From an uncultured Acidimicrobiaceae bacterium (GTDB lineage: Bacteria; Actinomycetota; Acidimicrobiia; Acidimicrobiales; MedAcidi-G1): DNA of 64,000 bases. Where the stretch lies: the NCBI GenBank assembly GCA_963933065.1, contig CAWVUB010000001.1:1508-65507 (forward strand), in the 5' to 3' direction. The notes below the pieces were generated by a model. That model did not search any database. It saw nothing but the letters and a program-made list of their open reading frames with translations, and was not told the origin of the DNA. The translations under genes were made by a program, and so were the position numbers. This document shows positions 9,172 to 18,442 of the stretch, piece by piece (position 1 is the stretch's first letter; every line of letters starts with the position of its first letter).

Positions 9172-9519
9172 ATGACCAAGCCTGTCGGTCCCTATACCCC
9201 AGTCGTTCGTGCCGGTGATTTGTTGTTCGTCAGCGGTCAGGTCGGTATTGCAGAAGGGGCCATTGTTGACGGAGGAGTCGGGGCGGAGCTGGCGCAGGCG
9301 CTAGCCAATCTACGGACTCAAGTCGAGGCAAACGGGGCGACGTTGGATCAGGTGGTGAAGACCACGGTGTTCTTGACCGACATGGATCACTACACGGTTA
9401 TGAACGAGGGTTATTGCGATGTGTTTGGTGATCACCGCCCAGCCCGTTCAGCGGTAGCGGTAGCTGCTTTACCGCTTGGCGCCCTTATCGAGGTAGAGGC
9501 CATTGTGAGTTTGAGATAG
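9172..9519 (+). CDS. ridA: RidA/YjgF-family reactive intermediate deaminase
   Basis: 115 aa. GPYTPVVRAGDLLFVSGQVG and the C-terminal ARSAVAVAALPLGALIEVEA are typical of the family. Confidence 0.8.
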   Translation: MTKPVGPYTPVVRAGDLLFVSGQVGIAEGAIVDGGVGAELAQALANLRTQVEANGATLDQVVKTTVFLTDMDHYTVMNEGYCDVFGDHRPARSAVAVAALPLGALIEVEAIVSLR

Positions 9520-9603
9520 CGGTGTCGACCTCTTTTGGGCACGTTTCTAAGTGAATTGAGTTGCGGTGTGCGTCGTGAGTCATGAGGGTGGCAGACTGCG
9601 CCA

Positions 9604-9789
9604 ATGCTCGGCGCCGTTTTGATGATCCTGCTTCTAGTGGTGGTGATGCCTGTAGGCATCTTGATGAGTGGGGCTCTGGCTGCTGCCTTACTCGGAGGTC
9701 TCTTAAAAAAGGACGTTGACAACACACACGCCGGGTCTGAGTTGCTTGATTTGAGCGAAGCTGACCCCTACTCGCAGGCAGTCGACTGA
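9604..9789 (+). CDS. Small hypothetical membrane protein
   Basis: 61 aa with two hydrophobic stretches and an acidic tail. There is no homology argument. Confidence 0.3.
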   Translation: MLGAVLMILLLVVVMPVGILMSGALAAALLGGLLKKDVDNTHAGSELLDLSEADPYSQAVD

Positions 9790-9805
9790 ATAGCGAGTTG
9801 TTAGT

Positions 9806-10486
9806 TCAACCGCCCCACCGGGATTGACCAAACCGGTAGCCCACCGACCGGACAGTGTGGATAAGGCTGGCGTGTTCTTCACCAAGTTTGGCCCGGAGCC
9901 GTCGAATGTGTACATCTACCGTGCGGGCGCCACCGTAGTAGTCGTAGCCCCACACTCTGCTTAAGAGGGTTTCACGCGTGAACACCTTGCCAGGGTGGGC
10001 GGCTAGGAATTTGAGCAGTTCGTACTCCATGTAGGTGAGGTCGAGTGGTTCGCCGTCAATAACCGCCTGGTAGGTCTCAAGGTTTAGGGCGAGCGGTCCG
10101 TATCCGACCAGTTCGGGTCGGACCTCCCGGCCACTACGTGAAAACAAATGCTTGATTCGGGCCTGAAGTTCGGTCGGCCGTAGTGGACTCAGGCAGAAGT
10201 CGTCGAACAAGTCGTCCCGAAGATCCAAGGAGTCGAGTTGGCTACCGCCTACCAGTAACAGCAGAGGCTGTAAGGGCACTTCCACCTTTCTGAGACGCCG
10301 ACACAGGGCAAAGGCTCCCTCTGTATCGGTATCGGCCACCACGACAGCTCCCGCCCAGCCTCCGTCAGGCTCCTCGGCCATAGCGGCTTCTGCATCGCTG
10401 ACGGCCTTCCACGACCAGCCATCCAGATCTAAACACTGGGCTAGTTCTGGCGGTGGGGGATTTGGAAAGACGAGAAGGGGTTCCAT
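9806..10486 (-). CDS. glnR: GlnR-type OmpR-family nitrogen regulator (atypical receiver)
   Basis: The C-terminal winged helix is nearly colinear with mycobacterial GlnR (LDLTYMEYELLKFLAAHPGKVFTRETLLSRVWGYDYYGGARTVDVHIRRLRAKLG). The receiver lacks the N-terminal acidic pair. Lies directly downstream of glnA. Confidence 0.7.
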   Translation of the reverse strand: MEPLLVFPNPPPPELAQCLDLDGWSWKAVSDAEAAMAEEPDGGWAGAVVVADTDTEGAFALCRRLRKVEVPLQPLLLLVGGSQLDSLDLRDDLFDDFCLSPLRPTELQARIKHLFSRSGREVRPELVGYGPLALNLETYQAVIDGEPLDLTYMEYELLKFLAAHPGKVFTRETLLSRVWGYDYYGGARTVDVHIRRLRAKLGEEHASLIHTVRSVGYRFGQSRWGG

Positions 10487-10586
10487 GGTGATTTTGCTGA
10501 TTACGCTTTGGATTCAGTACTTGCAGTCTGCCGGATTTGAGAGTCAAGCACTTCGGTGAGGGTTCGATGGCCGGGTATCGGTTGGG

Positions 10587-11969
10587 TCACCAGTTTGGGA
10601 GGTAGGTCTCAAGTTCGAACGTGGTGACCTGTCGCTGGTACTCGTTCCACTCAGCCCGCTTATTACGAAGAAACCATTCGAAGATGTGGTCACCAAGGGC
10701 GTGGCGCACCAGTTCAGACGCTTCCATCTCATCCAGCGCTTCATTCAGATTATGCGGCAGGTTGGCTACTCCAAGGTCTCGCTGCTCTTCTCGGCTCAGG
10801 TCGTAGAGGTTTACAGCCGCCTCTGCGGGTAGCACTAACTCCTCCTCGATGCCCCTTAGACCAGCGGCCAGCAGAACTGAGAATGCTAAGTAGGGGTTGC
10901 ACGCCGGGTCCAGCGCCCGGTATTCGACACGAGTGGATTCGATCTTTCCCAACTTGGGAATGGGTACCCGTACGAGAGCTGATCGGTTGTTGCGGGCCCA
11001 CGAGACGTAGCGAGGAGCCTCGTAGCCTTCGTTAATCCGCTTATAAGAGTTAACCAGTTGGTTAGTGACCGCAGTGATCTCGCGGGCGTGCCGTAGTAGC
11101 CCAGCGATGAAGGACCGAGCCGTTGTGGATAGGCCGTCAGTTGCGTCAGGATCGTGGAAGGCATTTTTCCCATCACGAAAAAGCGATAGGTGGGTATGCA
11201 TCCCCGATCCTTGAACTCCGTTTAGTGGTTTGGGCATGAATGTGGCATATACCCCCCGGTCCATAGCGATCTTTTTCACAGCCAGCCGGAGCGTCATCAC
11301 GGAGTCGGCCATGGTTAGAGCGTCGGTGTACTGCAGATCAATCTCGTGCTGGCTGGGGCCGTCTTCATGGAATGAGTACTCCACTGGAATGGACAGCGCT
11401 TCAAGCATGTGAAGGGTCTGCTTGCGGAGGTCTGATGCTACGTCGGTAGTGGTCAGGTCGAAGTACGAGGCTCGATCCAACGGGGTCGGTTGCGGGCCGG
11501 CATCAGCAAAGTAGAAAAATTCAACCTCTGGTGCACAAAACATTTCAAAGCCGACCTGGCGGGCCCGGTCTACGTTTCGGCGTAGCACCTGACGTGGGTC
11601 GCCCTCAAATGAGGTGCCATCAAGGTTGGTTATGTTGCAAAAGATCGTCCCCGAGGGCTCGGCCGGGTCAGCCCACGGGAGGAGTTCGAAGGTCGACGGG
11701 TCGGGTCGGGCCAGTACGTCGCTTTCCTGCACGCGGCTGAACCCATCGATGGCTGAGCCATCGAACTGCAGCCCCTCATCGAGAACTGTCTCCAACTCGG
11801 CTGGTGAGATCGCCACTGACTTATGGCGACCCAGCACGTCGGTGAACCAAAGGCGCACTAGGCGTACTCCCCGCTCCTCGACGGTGCGCAGCACGTAGTC
11901 TCGTTGGTCGCGACTTCGGTGTTCGTGGCCTGGACCGCGGTCGGCCTCTCCTGTGTCTTGGGTCTCCAT
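10587..11969 (-). CDS. glnA: Glutamine synthetase type I (GlnA2-like)
   Basis: The N-terminus YVLRTVEERGVRLVRLWFTDVLG and MPKPLNGVQGSGMHTH, NSYKRI, RNRSALVRVP are GSI motifs. ATG 11969 is preferred as the start; the ORF opens at 12026. Confidence 0.85.
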   Translation of the reverse strand: METQDTGEADRGPGHEHRSRDQRDYVLRTVEERGVRLVRLWFTDVLGRHKSVAISPAELETVLDEGLQFDGSAIDGFSRVQESDVLARPDPSTFELLPWADPAEPSGTIFCNITNLDGTSFEGDPRQVLRRNVDRARQVGFEMFCAPEVEFFYFADAGPQPTPLDRASYFDLTTTDVASDLRKQTLHMLEALSIPVEYSFHEDGPSQHEIDLQYTDALTMADSVMTLRLAVKKIAMDRGVYATFMPKPLNGVQGSGMHTHLSLFRDGKNAFHDPDATDGLSTTARSFIAGLLRHAREITAVTNQLVNSYKRINEGYEAPRYVSWARNNRSALVRVPIPKLGKIESTRVEYRALDPACNPYLAFSVLLAAGLRGIEEELVLPAEAAVNLYDLSREEQRDLGVANLPHNLNEALDEMEASELVRHALGDHIFEWFLRNKRAEWNEYQRQVTTFELETYLPNW

Positions 11970-12032
11970 GACACCAGCATGGAGGTAGTTGGGGAGCGAT
12001 CGCCAGTGGTGAGGTGCATCGTTCACATGGTG

Positions 12033-12069
12033 TTAACAGTTGGAGAACAGTCATCAGACCACCAGCAAC
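12033..12069. promoter_or_regulatory. Candidate GlnR box in the glnA / glnII divergent intergenic region
   Basis: TTAAC-n6-AGAAC-n6-CAGAC-n5-GCAAC places AC dinucleotides on an 11/11/10-nt period, resembling gTnAc-n6-GaAAc repeats and the AC-n9-AC core. Confidence 0.3.
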
Positions 12070-12143
12070 GTAGGTTTTCTGTATCCGGCAACACGTCCGG
12101 CCAGCCGGGTCCTTACTGAGACCCACCGATTAGGGAGACCATC

Positions 12144-13157
12144 ATGGCTATTAGGGCTGAGTACATCTGGATCGACGGCACTGAGCCGCTGCCATACGTG
12201 CGTTCGAAGACCAAGATCATCGATAACCCGCAGGATCTCCCAATTTGGGGTTTTGACGGTTCGAGCACAAACCAGGCACCAGGAGACAATTCGGACTGCG
12301 TCCTACGCCCAGTGTTTTCTTGCCCAGACCCGATTCGCGGCGACGACGACATCTTGGTGTTATGTGATGTTTGCCTACCTGATGGGACCATGACTCCACA
12401 CCCGACGAATACGCGGGCCGCTTGTGTTGAGGCGTTAGAGAAGTACGCGGATCAGGAGCCGATTTTCGGGATCGAGCAGGAGTACACATTTTTTCAGGAC
12501 GGGCGCCCTTTGGGCTGGCCGATCGAGGGCTACCCGGCGCCACAAGGCCCGTATTACTGTGGAGTGGGAGCCATTGAGATTGCGGGTCGGGAAATCGTTG
12601 AGGCTCACACCAAAGCTTGCATGGATGCGGGGCTAGCCATATCGGGCACCAATGCTGAGGTAATGCTCGGCCAGTGGGAGTTTCAGATCGGCCCGATTGA
12701 CACGGTGGCTGTGGCTGACCAGATCTGGATGGCCCGCTACCTGCTGTACAGGATTGCAGAGGGCTTCGGTGTAGATGCCTCGGTGGCGGCTAAGCCCATT
12801 AAGGGTGACTGGAACGGCGCTGGAGCGCACACGAACTTCTCAACTAGCGAGATGCGTGAGAACTATGATGCCATCATCACGGCGTGCGAGTCTCTCGGCG
12901 CTGAGGGCAAGCCGTCTGAGCACATTGCTGGCTACGGCTTGGGCTCCGAGGAACGACTTACTGGTGCGCACGAGACTCAACGCTACGATCAGTTCAGTTA
13001 TGGCGTGTCAGATCGTGGTGCGTCAGTCCGGATTCCGTGGCAGGTTCACCTGGACCAAAAAGGCTATATCGAGGATCGCCGTCCAAACGCCAACATGGAT
13101 CCTTACGTAGTTACCCGTCTGATCACGAACACCTGTTGTGAGGCGTTGGCTAGTTAA
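12144..13157 (+). CDS. glnII: Glutamine synthetase type II (eukaryote-like)
   Basis: 337 aa. AEYIWIDGTEP...RSKTKI...PIWGFDGSSTNQA...SDCVLRPVFSCPDPIRG matches actinobacterial GlnII. Confidence 0.85.
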   Translation: MAIRAEYIWIDGTEPLPYVRSKTKIIDNPQDLPIWGFDGSSTNQAPGDNSDCVLRPVFSCPDPIRGDDDILVLCDVCLPDGTMTPHPTNTRAACVEALEKYADQEPIFGIEQEYTFFQDGRPLGWPIEGYPAPQGPYYCGVGAIEIAGREIVEAHTKACMDAGLAISGTNAEVMLGQWEFQIGPIDTVAVADQIWMARYLLYRIAEGFGVDASVAAKPIKGDWNGAGAHTNFSTSEMRENYDAIITACESLGAEGKPSEHIAGYGLGSEERLTGAHETQRYDQFSYGVSDRGASVRIPWQVHLDQKGYIEDRRPNANMDPYVVTRLITNTCCEALAS

Positions 13158-13311
13158 CTGTTTAGATACCTGTTTGACGGCTCTGGGGTCCTGGACTTTC
13201 ATAAGTTGGCTTTTGGTGAACTCTGCTGACCAGAACCGCCTCCGAGCGCTTGTCGAGACGGGGTCTCCATGACCATCGGGGCGGCTAAACCCCCTCGGTA
13301 CGCTGGAAAAC

Positions 13312-15018
13312 ATGAATAGGCTCCGGCTGGCACTGGTTCAAGTTGACATGGTTGTCGGCGACCTAGACGGCAACGTTGATCGGGTACTAGCCAGTCTCGA
13401 TGAGGTAGAGGGCTGCGATCTGGCGCTCTACCCAGAGATGGCGATCACTGGGTATCCCTTGGAGGACCTCGTCCACAAGCCTGGCTTTGTGGCTCGTAGC
13501 CGCGCGGCGGTAGAGCGAGTCGCTGCAGCAAGTGGTGCCTGCGCTCTTGTTGTGGGTTTTGCTGACGCCGGGCCCGACGGGCCCGACGGGCCGGCTCATA
13601 ACGCGGTGGCGGTCTGCCACGGCGGTCGAATTGTCGGCACGTACTTCAAAGAGTGCCTCCCCACTTATGACGTCTTCGATGAGGCTCGGGACTTTGCTCC
13701 AGGTGCTGGCCCACTTGTCCTTTACCGGATCGGCGGGGTCCGAGTTGGGCTAGCGATATGCGAGGACTTGTGGGTGCCCGGTGGCCCAGTGGAACGCATG
13801 GTGGTCGGCGGTGCCGACTTTATTGCCACAGTGAACGGATCGCCGTACCACTTAGGTAAGCAGGCGGAACGTGAGGCAGTGGTCGCCGCCACGGCCGCGT
13901 CTTCAGGCCGACCCGTGGCCTATCTGAACTTGGTTGGCAGTCAGGACCAGTTGGTGTTTGACGGGGGATCAATGGTGGCTAGTTCGTCTGGTCGCATCGT
14001 GGCGCGAGCACCGCGGTTTGATGAGGCTGTGGTGAAAGTGGACGTAGATGTGGAGGTTCACGATGATCCAGTAGGAGACGACACCATTCGGGTGATTGAG
14101 GTTTCTGAGGGAATTGACCGGACGGACTATCTGGTAGTGCCCCCCGTGGATCTATTGGATGACACCACCGAGTTGTACGCCGCCTTAGTGGCAGCAACGC
14201 GTGGCTATGTGACAAAGAGCGGTTTCACCGATGTGTGTCTCGGCCTGTCCGGAGGGGTTGACTCGGCGCTGGTGGCCACTATTGCCGTCGACGCGCTGGG
14301 TTCAGATCGTGTTCACGCGGTACTTATGCCCTCGCGGTACTCCAGTGACCACTCTCTATTGGACGCTCAGGCACTAGCAAACAGCCAGGGAATCGAGACC
14401 CACATCCTGCCGATTGAGGAGGCTCACACAGCTCTAACGGACTTACTGGCCCAGGGCATCACCGATGGGCCAGTTGGTCTTGTTGATGAGAATCTGCAGT
14501 CTCGGATCCGTGGCGTTCTGTTGATGGGCTTGTCGAATGCCCACGGTTGGATGGTGCTGACTACCGGCAACAAGAGCGAATCGGCGGTCGGATACTCGAC
14601 GCTTTACGGAGATACAGCGGGGGCTTACGCAGTGATCCGAGACCTCTACAAGACTCGGGTGTACGAACTCTGTCGGTGGCGCAACATGCAGGCATCTGGG
14701 CTTAACGGCCAACCGGTCATACCGGGCCACATCCTCACCAAGCCACCGTCTGCTGAGCTCCGGCCCGGCCAGACCGATGATCAGAGTCTCCCGCCTTATG
14801 ACGTGCTTGACCCGCTACTTGAGGCTTACGTGGAAGGGAACCTGACTCGAGCTGAATTGATGGCTGACGGCCATACTTCTGACCTGGTTGACCAGGTGGT
14901 TCGTCTGGTGGACGCCGCTGAGTTCAAGCGGCGCCAGACACCGCTGGGTCCGAAGGTCACTACTCGTGGTTTTGGTCGTGAACGTCGAATGCCGATTGTT
15001 AACCACTTTCAGGGCTGA
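13312..15018 (+). CDS. nadE: Glutamine-dependent NAD+ synthetase
   Basis: 568 aa. N-terminal CN-hydrolase domain (LAICEDLW) plus C-terminal synthetase with SGGVDS PP-loop. Confidence 0.9.
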   Translation: MNRLRLALVQVDMVVGDLDGNVDRVLASLDEVEGCDLALYPEMAITGYPLEDLVHKPGFVARSRAAVERVAAASGACALVVGFADAGPDGPDGPAHNAVAVCHGGRIVGTYFKECLPTYDVFDEARDFAPGAGPLVLYRIGGVRVGLAICEDLWVPGGPVERMVVGGADFIATVNGSPYHLGKQAEREAVVAATAASSGRPVAYLNLVGSQDQLVFDGGSMVASSSGRIVARAPRFDEAVVKVDVDVEVHDDPVGDDTIRVIEVSEGIDRTDYLVVPPVDLLDDTTELYAALVAATRGYVTKSGFTDVCLGLSGGVDSALVATIAVDALGSDRVHAVLMPSRYSSDHSLLDAQALANSQGIETHILPIEEAHTALTDLLAQGITDGPVGLVDENLQSRIRGVLLMGLSNAHGWMVLTTGNKSESAVGYSTLYGDTAGAYAVIRDLYKTRVYELCRWRNMQASGLNGQPVIPGHILTKPPSAELRPGQTDDQSLPPYDVLDPLLEAYVEGNLTRAELMADGHTSDLVDQVVRLVDAAEFKRRQTPLGPKVTTRGFGRERRMPIVNHFQG

Positions 15019-15023
15019 CCGCC

Positions 15024-15470
15024 GTGTCCGACTCTAGTTATCCCAACTCAGACCGTCTGACTACCGAGCGGGGCGTACACGAGTTCACACAGTTGGCTGA
15101 ACTCTGCGAGCGGCTGGCGGGACGACTAGGTGGCTGGTCAACTGATGGGGCTGATCCCTCCTCGGCTGGAATGATGTCCTCTCTGGCTGCACGGTTAACT
15201 GAACATGCCGGGTGGTGGCGGAACCTGATCCCCGAGTCGGTGCTGCTCACCCAGGCACGTGATGAAGCTTCGGATCCGGCCCGCCTTGATGCGGTGCTAT
15301 CGATGCTGGATGTCACCCCATCGGACCGAAAGGTTGCACTCGCTTCAGTTCTAGCGGGACTGGCTTCTCACCTCGTTGGTCTGTTTGAGCAGTTGGTCCC
15401 GGTCTGTGATGCGCCGACCCGGCGAGTTATCAAGTTGGTATTGGCTGATTTGGATGACCAACAGGGCTGA
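15024..15470 (+). CDS. Hypothetical protein
   Basis: 148-aa ORF starting 5 nt after nadE. No recognisable motif. Confidence 0.4.
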   Translation: MSDSSYPNSDRLTTERGVHEFTQLAELCERLAGRLGGWSTDGADPSSAGMMSSLAARLTEHAGWWRNLIPESVLLTQARDEASDPARLDAVLSMLDVTPSDRKVALASVLAGLASHLVGLFEQLVPVCDAPTRRVIKLVLADLDDQQG

Positions 15471-15714
15471 GCCCTGTATCGCCTCAGGTCATCTGGGCTG
15501 TATTTCGTTAGGCCAGCGCAGACGTCAACTGGCCGTGTGGTCATACATCGTGACGATGGTCACTTTTTCTTGTTGTCATTCAGAGGGCCGTGGATATGGT
15601 GACCATCGATTGAGGTTGTAGGAGAGTTCCCCGCACAACCAAACAGCCACCCAGCGAGGTGGGTTGATTAGGTGCCGTAGCAGATAAACGATTCGGTGAA
15701 CAGTGGCTTCGTAA

Positions 15715-16689
15715 ATGGGCCAGATGTTTCCCCGGCTGGAGGAGATGAGGGTGGCCAAAGAGCGGGTCGAACGGGACGAGGAAGACCTTGTCCGGCTATA
15801 CCTCACCGACATTGGTCAGTACCCACTGCTGACGAAGGAGGGTGAGGTCCGACTCGCCCAGCAGATCGAAGCGGGGACCGAGGCCAAGGTCGAGCTTGCC
15901 GATAAGGGTGATGGGCTTGCACCAGCCCGTAAGCGTGAACTCAAGCGCAATCTGAAGCGGGGCGAAGAGGCCGAGCGCACGTTCGTCCAATCCAACCTCC
16001 GGCTGGTTGTTTCAATTGCGAAGAAGTACCAAGCTTCAGGGCTGCCGCTACTTGACCTTATTCAAGAGGGGAATCTTGGCTTGATGCACGCCGTCGAGAA
16101 GTTTGACTGGCGAAAAGGCTTTAAGTTTTCTACCTATGCGACGTGGTGGATCCGCCAAGCAATAACTCGCGGCATTGCTAATACCGGGCGGACAATTCGC
16201 CTTCCTGTGCATGCTGGAGACACTCTGGCCCGGTTACAGAAGGCCCGGTCTCGCCTCGAGTTGAAGTTTGGTCGGCAGGCAACACTTGCGGAGCTCTCTG
16301 CTGAGGTCGAAATGCCCGAGGAGAAGGTCACTGAAGCCCTGCGGTTTGCGGCTGAACCTCTTTCATTGAGTGAACCACTCCGCGAGGACGGTGACGCTGA
16401 GCTGGGAGATGTGGTTGAGGATCGGGCAGCCGAGTCACCGTTTGAAGTGGCAGCCACCTCACTGCTACCTGAGGAGATCAGCCGCCTGCTAGCCCCTCTG
16501 GATACCCGGGAACGCGAGATCTTGAAGTTGCGCTTTGGTCTGGACCGTGGAGAGCCCCGCACGCTTGAGGAGGTTGGGGAGCACTTCAACCTGACTCGTG
16601 AGCGGATCCGCCAGATAGAAGCTCGGGCTATGTCTAAGTTGCGCCACCCAAGCAGTGACACTGGTGCACGGGACTTGCTGGCCGTCTGA
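15715..16689 (+). CDS. RNA polymerase sigma-70 factor, group 1/2 (SigB-like size)
   Basis: 324 aa. Region 2 (NLRLVVSIAKKY, YATWWIRQAITR), region 3 and region 4 (LTRERIRQIEARAMSKLR). Confidence 0.85.
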   Translation: MGQMFPRLEEMRVAKERVERDEEDLVRLYLTDIGQYPLLTKEGEVRLAQQIEAGTEAKVELADKGDGLAPARKRELKRNLKRGEEAERTFVQSNLRLVVSIAKKYQASGLPLLDLIQEGNLGLMHAVEKFDWRKGFKFSTYATWWIRQAITRGIANTGRTIRLPVHAGDTLARLQKARSRLELKFGRQATLAELSAEVEMPEEKVTEALRFAAEPLSLSEPLREDGDAELGDVVEDRAAESPFEVAATSLLPEEISRLLAPLDTREREILKLRFGLDRGEPRTLEEVGEHFNLTRERIRQIEARAMSKLRHPSSDTGARDLLAV

Positions 16690-16764
16690 GGTTCCTGTCG
16701 GGGCCCATCCGAATACTGACCACCGACCAAATCCCCACAGGTGGAATTTGGATGAAGGCGAGGT

Positions 16765-16860
16765 TGGCGGAGGTGGACGGGAATCGAACCCGCCGGACGG
16801 GGATCGCCCGTCCCACCCGCTTTGAAGGCGGGGGAGCCCACCAGGTACTCAGACACCTCC
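16765..16860 (-). tRNA. selC: tRNA-Sec (anticodon UCA)
   Basis: The reverse complement reads GGAGGUGU-CU-GAGUAC-CUGGU-GGGCUC-C-CCCGC-CUUCAAA-GCGGG-UG-GGACGGG-CGAUC-CCCGUCC-G-GCGGG-UUCGAUU-CCCGU-CCACCUCC-G-CCA. This gives a 7-nt anticodon loop with UCA, an 8-position acceptor, a 6-position D stem, a 7-bp extra arm, a GUUCGAUUC T-loop, G73 and an encoded CCA. The 5' boundary is ambiguous by 3 nt (an upstream GGC could pair with the GCC of the tail). Confidence 0.8.
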
Positions 16861-16936
16861 GCCGCTGACGGTACGGCTGTAGCGGAGTCTTGCCACCCCT
16901 GTGGACGTGAACGGGTCCTCCCGTAACATGGTGACT

Positions 16937-17011
16937 ATGAAGAAATTCGTGATGTTGGTTGCACTCGGCACTCTGGTCGCCGTAGCGGTCAAGAAAGTTC
17001 GTTCGATCTAG
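16937..17011 (+). CDS. Possible 24-27 aa hydrophobic micro-protein
   Basis: (MVT)MKKFVMLVALGTLVAVAVKKVRSI, read by hand, with an alternative ATG at 16928. There is no supporting homology. Confidence 0.2.
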   Translation: MKKFVMLVALGTLVAVAVKKVRSI

Positions 17012-17071
17012 AAGATCTACTAACAGGGGGTGAGCGCTTGCTTGGCTCTCTGCTGGTATGTAGCGACAGGT

Positions 17072-17857
17072 TCAGTTGGAGTTTCGGCGCCCAAGGCGAC
17101 GTGCCAAGGTCACGGTGCCCGCCACTAGGAGGGCGGTCAGCATGCTCGCGGCTATCCAGTTTCTATCGATCGGGACCCGGTCACCGAGCGGAACTGGATT
17201 GTCAAACTCTCGGATTAACCATCCTCGAACCTCGGCGATCCGGCGCAGTTCCCGGTCGGGATTCACGGCCACCGGATGGCCGATGGCTTCAAGCATCGGT
17301 AGGTCGGTAGCCGAGTCGGAGTAGGCCCACGAGCCGTCAAGGTCGATGCTTAGGTTCTTCGCTAGTCGATTTATGGCTAAGGCCTTATTGGGACCTTGGG
17401 CGTAAAATTCGACCTCACCGGTGTACTTTCCGTCATCATCAATTTCGGGGGTGGTAGCGATGAATTCGTCAACACCTAGGTAGTCCGCAAGTGGGGCCAC
17501 GATCTCGATCGGCGATGCCGAGACCAAGATCAGTAAGCGACCTTCGGCACGGTGGTGGGCGAATAGGTCAAGGGCCTCGTCGTAGACAATGGGTTCGATC
17601 ACCTCGGCGAGGTGATCACGGGCAAACCGTTGGAGCCCCTCTTGTTCCCAACCGGCAGCTAGTCGTAGGGCGGTTTGGCGAGCGCGCGCCATTCTCCCCT
17701 CGTCTGCACCAAAAAATCGAAACAGCAATTGGCCCCACGCAGCTCGCAAGGCCATCGGTGCACTTAAGTACCCAGCGCGATGGAGCGCTGGTCCATACGC
17801 AGCCATCGATGCTCGAGCTATGACCGTCTTATCGAGGTCGAAGAAGGCCGCCTCCAC
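17072..17857 (-). CDS. HAD-IB family hydrolase (SerB-like) with C-terminal hydrophobic tail
   Basis: FFDLDKTVI (DxD motif), LVSASP and YSDSATDLPML motifs. 261 aa. Confidence 0.75.
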   Translation of the reverse strand: MEAAFFDLDKTVIARASMAAYGPALHRAGYLSAPMALRAAWGQLLFRFFGADEGRMARARQTALRLAAGWEQEGLQRFARDHLAEVIEPIVYDEALDLFAHHRAEGRLLILVSASPIEIVAPLADYLGVDEFIATTPEIDDDGKYTGEVEFYAQGPNKALAINRLAKNLSIDLDGSWAYSDSATDLPMLEAIGHPVAVNPDRELRRIAEVRGWLIREFDNPVPLGDRVPIDRNWIAASMLTALLVAGTVTLARRLGRRNSN

Positions 17858-18070
17858 AGTCTCAATCTTACGCCTATCTTCTTTGTCAAGATGTCGCGCA
17901 CAGCCGACACGACGTTCCGTTTGTTATCCAAAAGATTTATTTCACCCTCATTGGGCATGGCTGTTGCATAATGCCGGCCTCAACATCGAGGAGTGGATGG
18001 TCGAGCGGTGGTCTAGCGTCAGTAGGGAGCCGGATGGTCCGGGTCGACCGAACGGAGGAAAGAGTCTCAG

Positions 18071-18442
18071 GTGCAGTTCCACGTCCACCGCCGTGACCTG
18101 TCTTGGACCACCTCCGACGTTGATCCAACCGGTGTGGTCCTGACCGTATTGGGTGACTTGGATATGGCCGGTGCTCCCAATCTGCGCCAGGCAGTGGTGG
18201 CTGAGGTAGCCAATGGATTTCGACTGGTAGTCCTCGAACTCACAGCTGTTGACTTCATTGATTCGGTTGGTCTCGGGGTGGTGGTTGGAGCTCTCCGAAG
18301 GCTGAGGTCACACGGCGGCGATTTGTTGGTGGTTTGTGCCGAGCCCCGCATCCGGGGTGTCTTCGAATCGTGTGATCTGGACCGAGTATTCGACCTTCAC
18401 ATCGACGTGGAAACTGCCTTATCTAAGCGGCTGGCAGCATGA
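18071..18442 (+). CDS. STAS-domain anti-sigma-factor antagonist (RsbV/SpoIIAA-like)
   Basis: 123 aa with a GTG start preceded by GGAGGAAAG. LTAVDFIDSVGLGVVVGALRR is typical of a STAS domain. Confidence 0.75.
   Translation: MQFHVHRRDLSWTTSDVDPTGVVLTVLGDLDMAGAPNLRQAVVAEVANGFRLVVLELTAVDFIDSVGLGVVVGALRRLRSHGGDLLVVCAEPRIRGVFESCDLDRVFDLHIDVETALSKRLAA

Noticed and set aside
13570-13592. Tandem 9-bp repeat GGGCCCGAC x2.5 inside nadE.
   Set aside because: It is in-frame and encodes GPDGPDGP in a loop of the CN-hydrolase domain. It is too short and too few copies to be more than a local slippage product.
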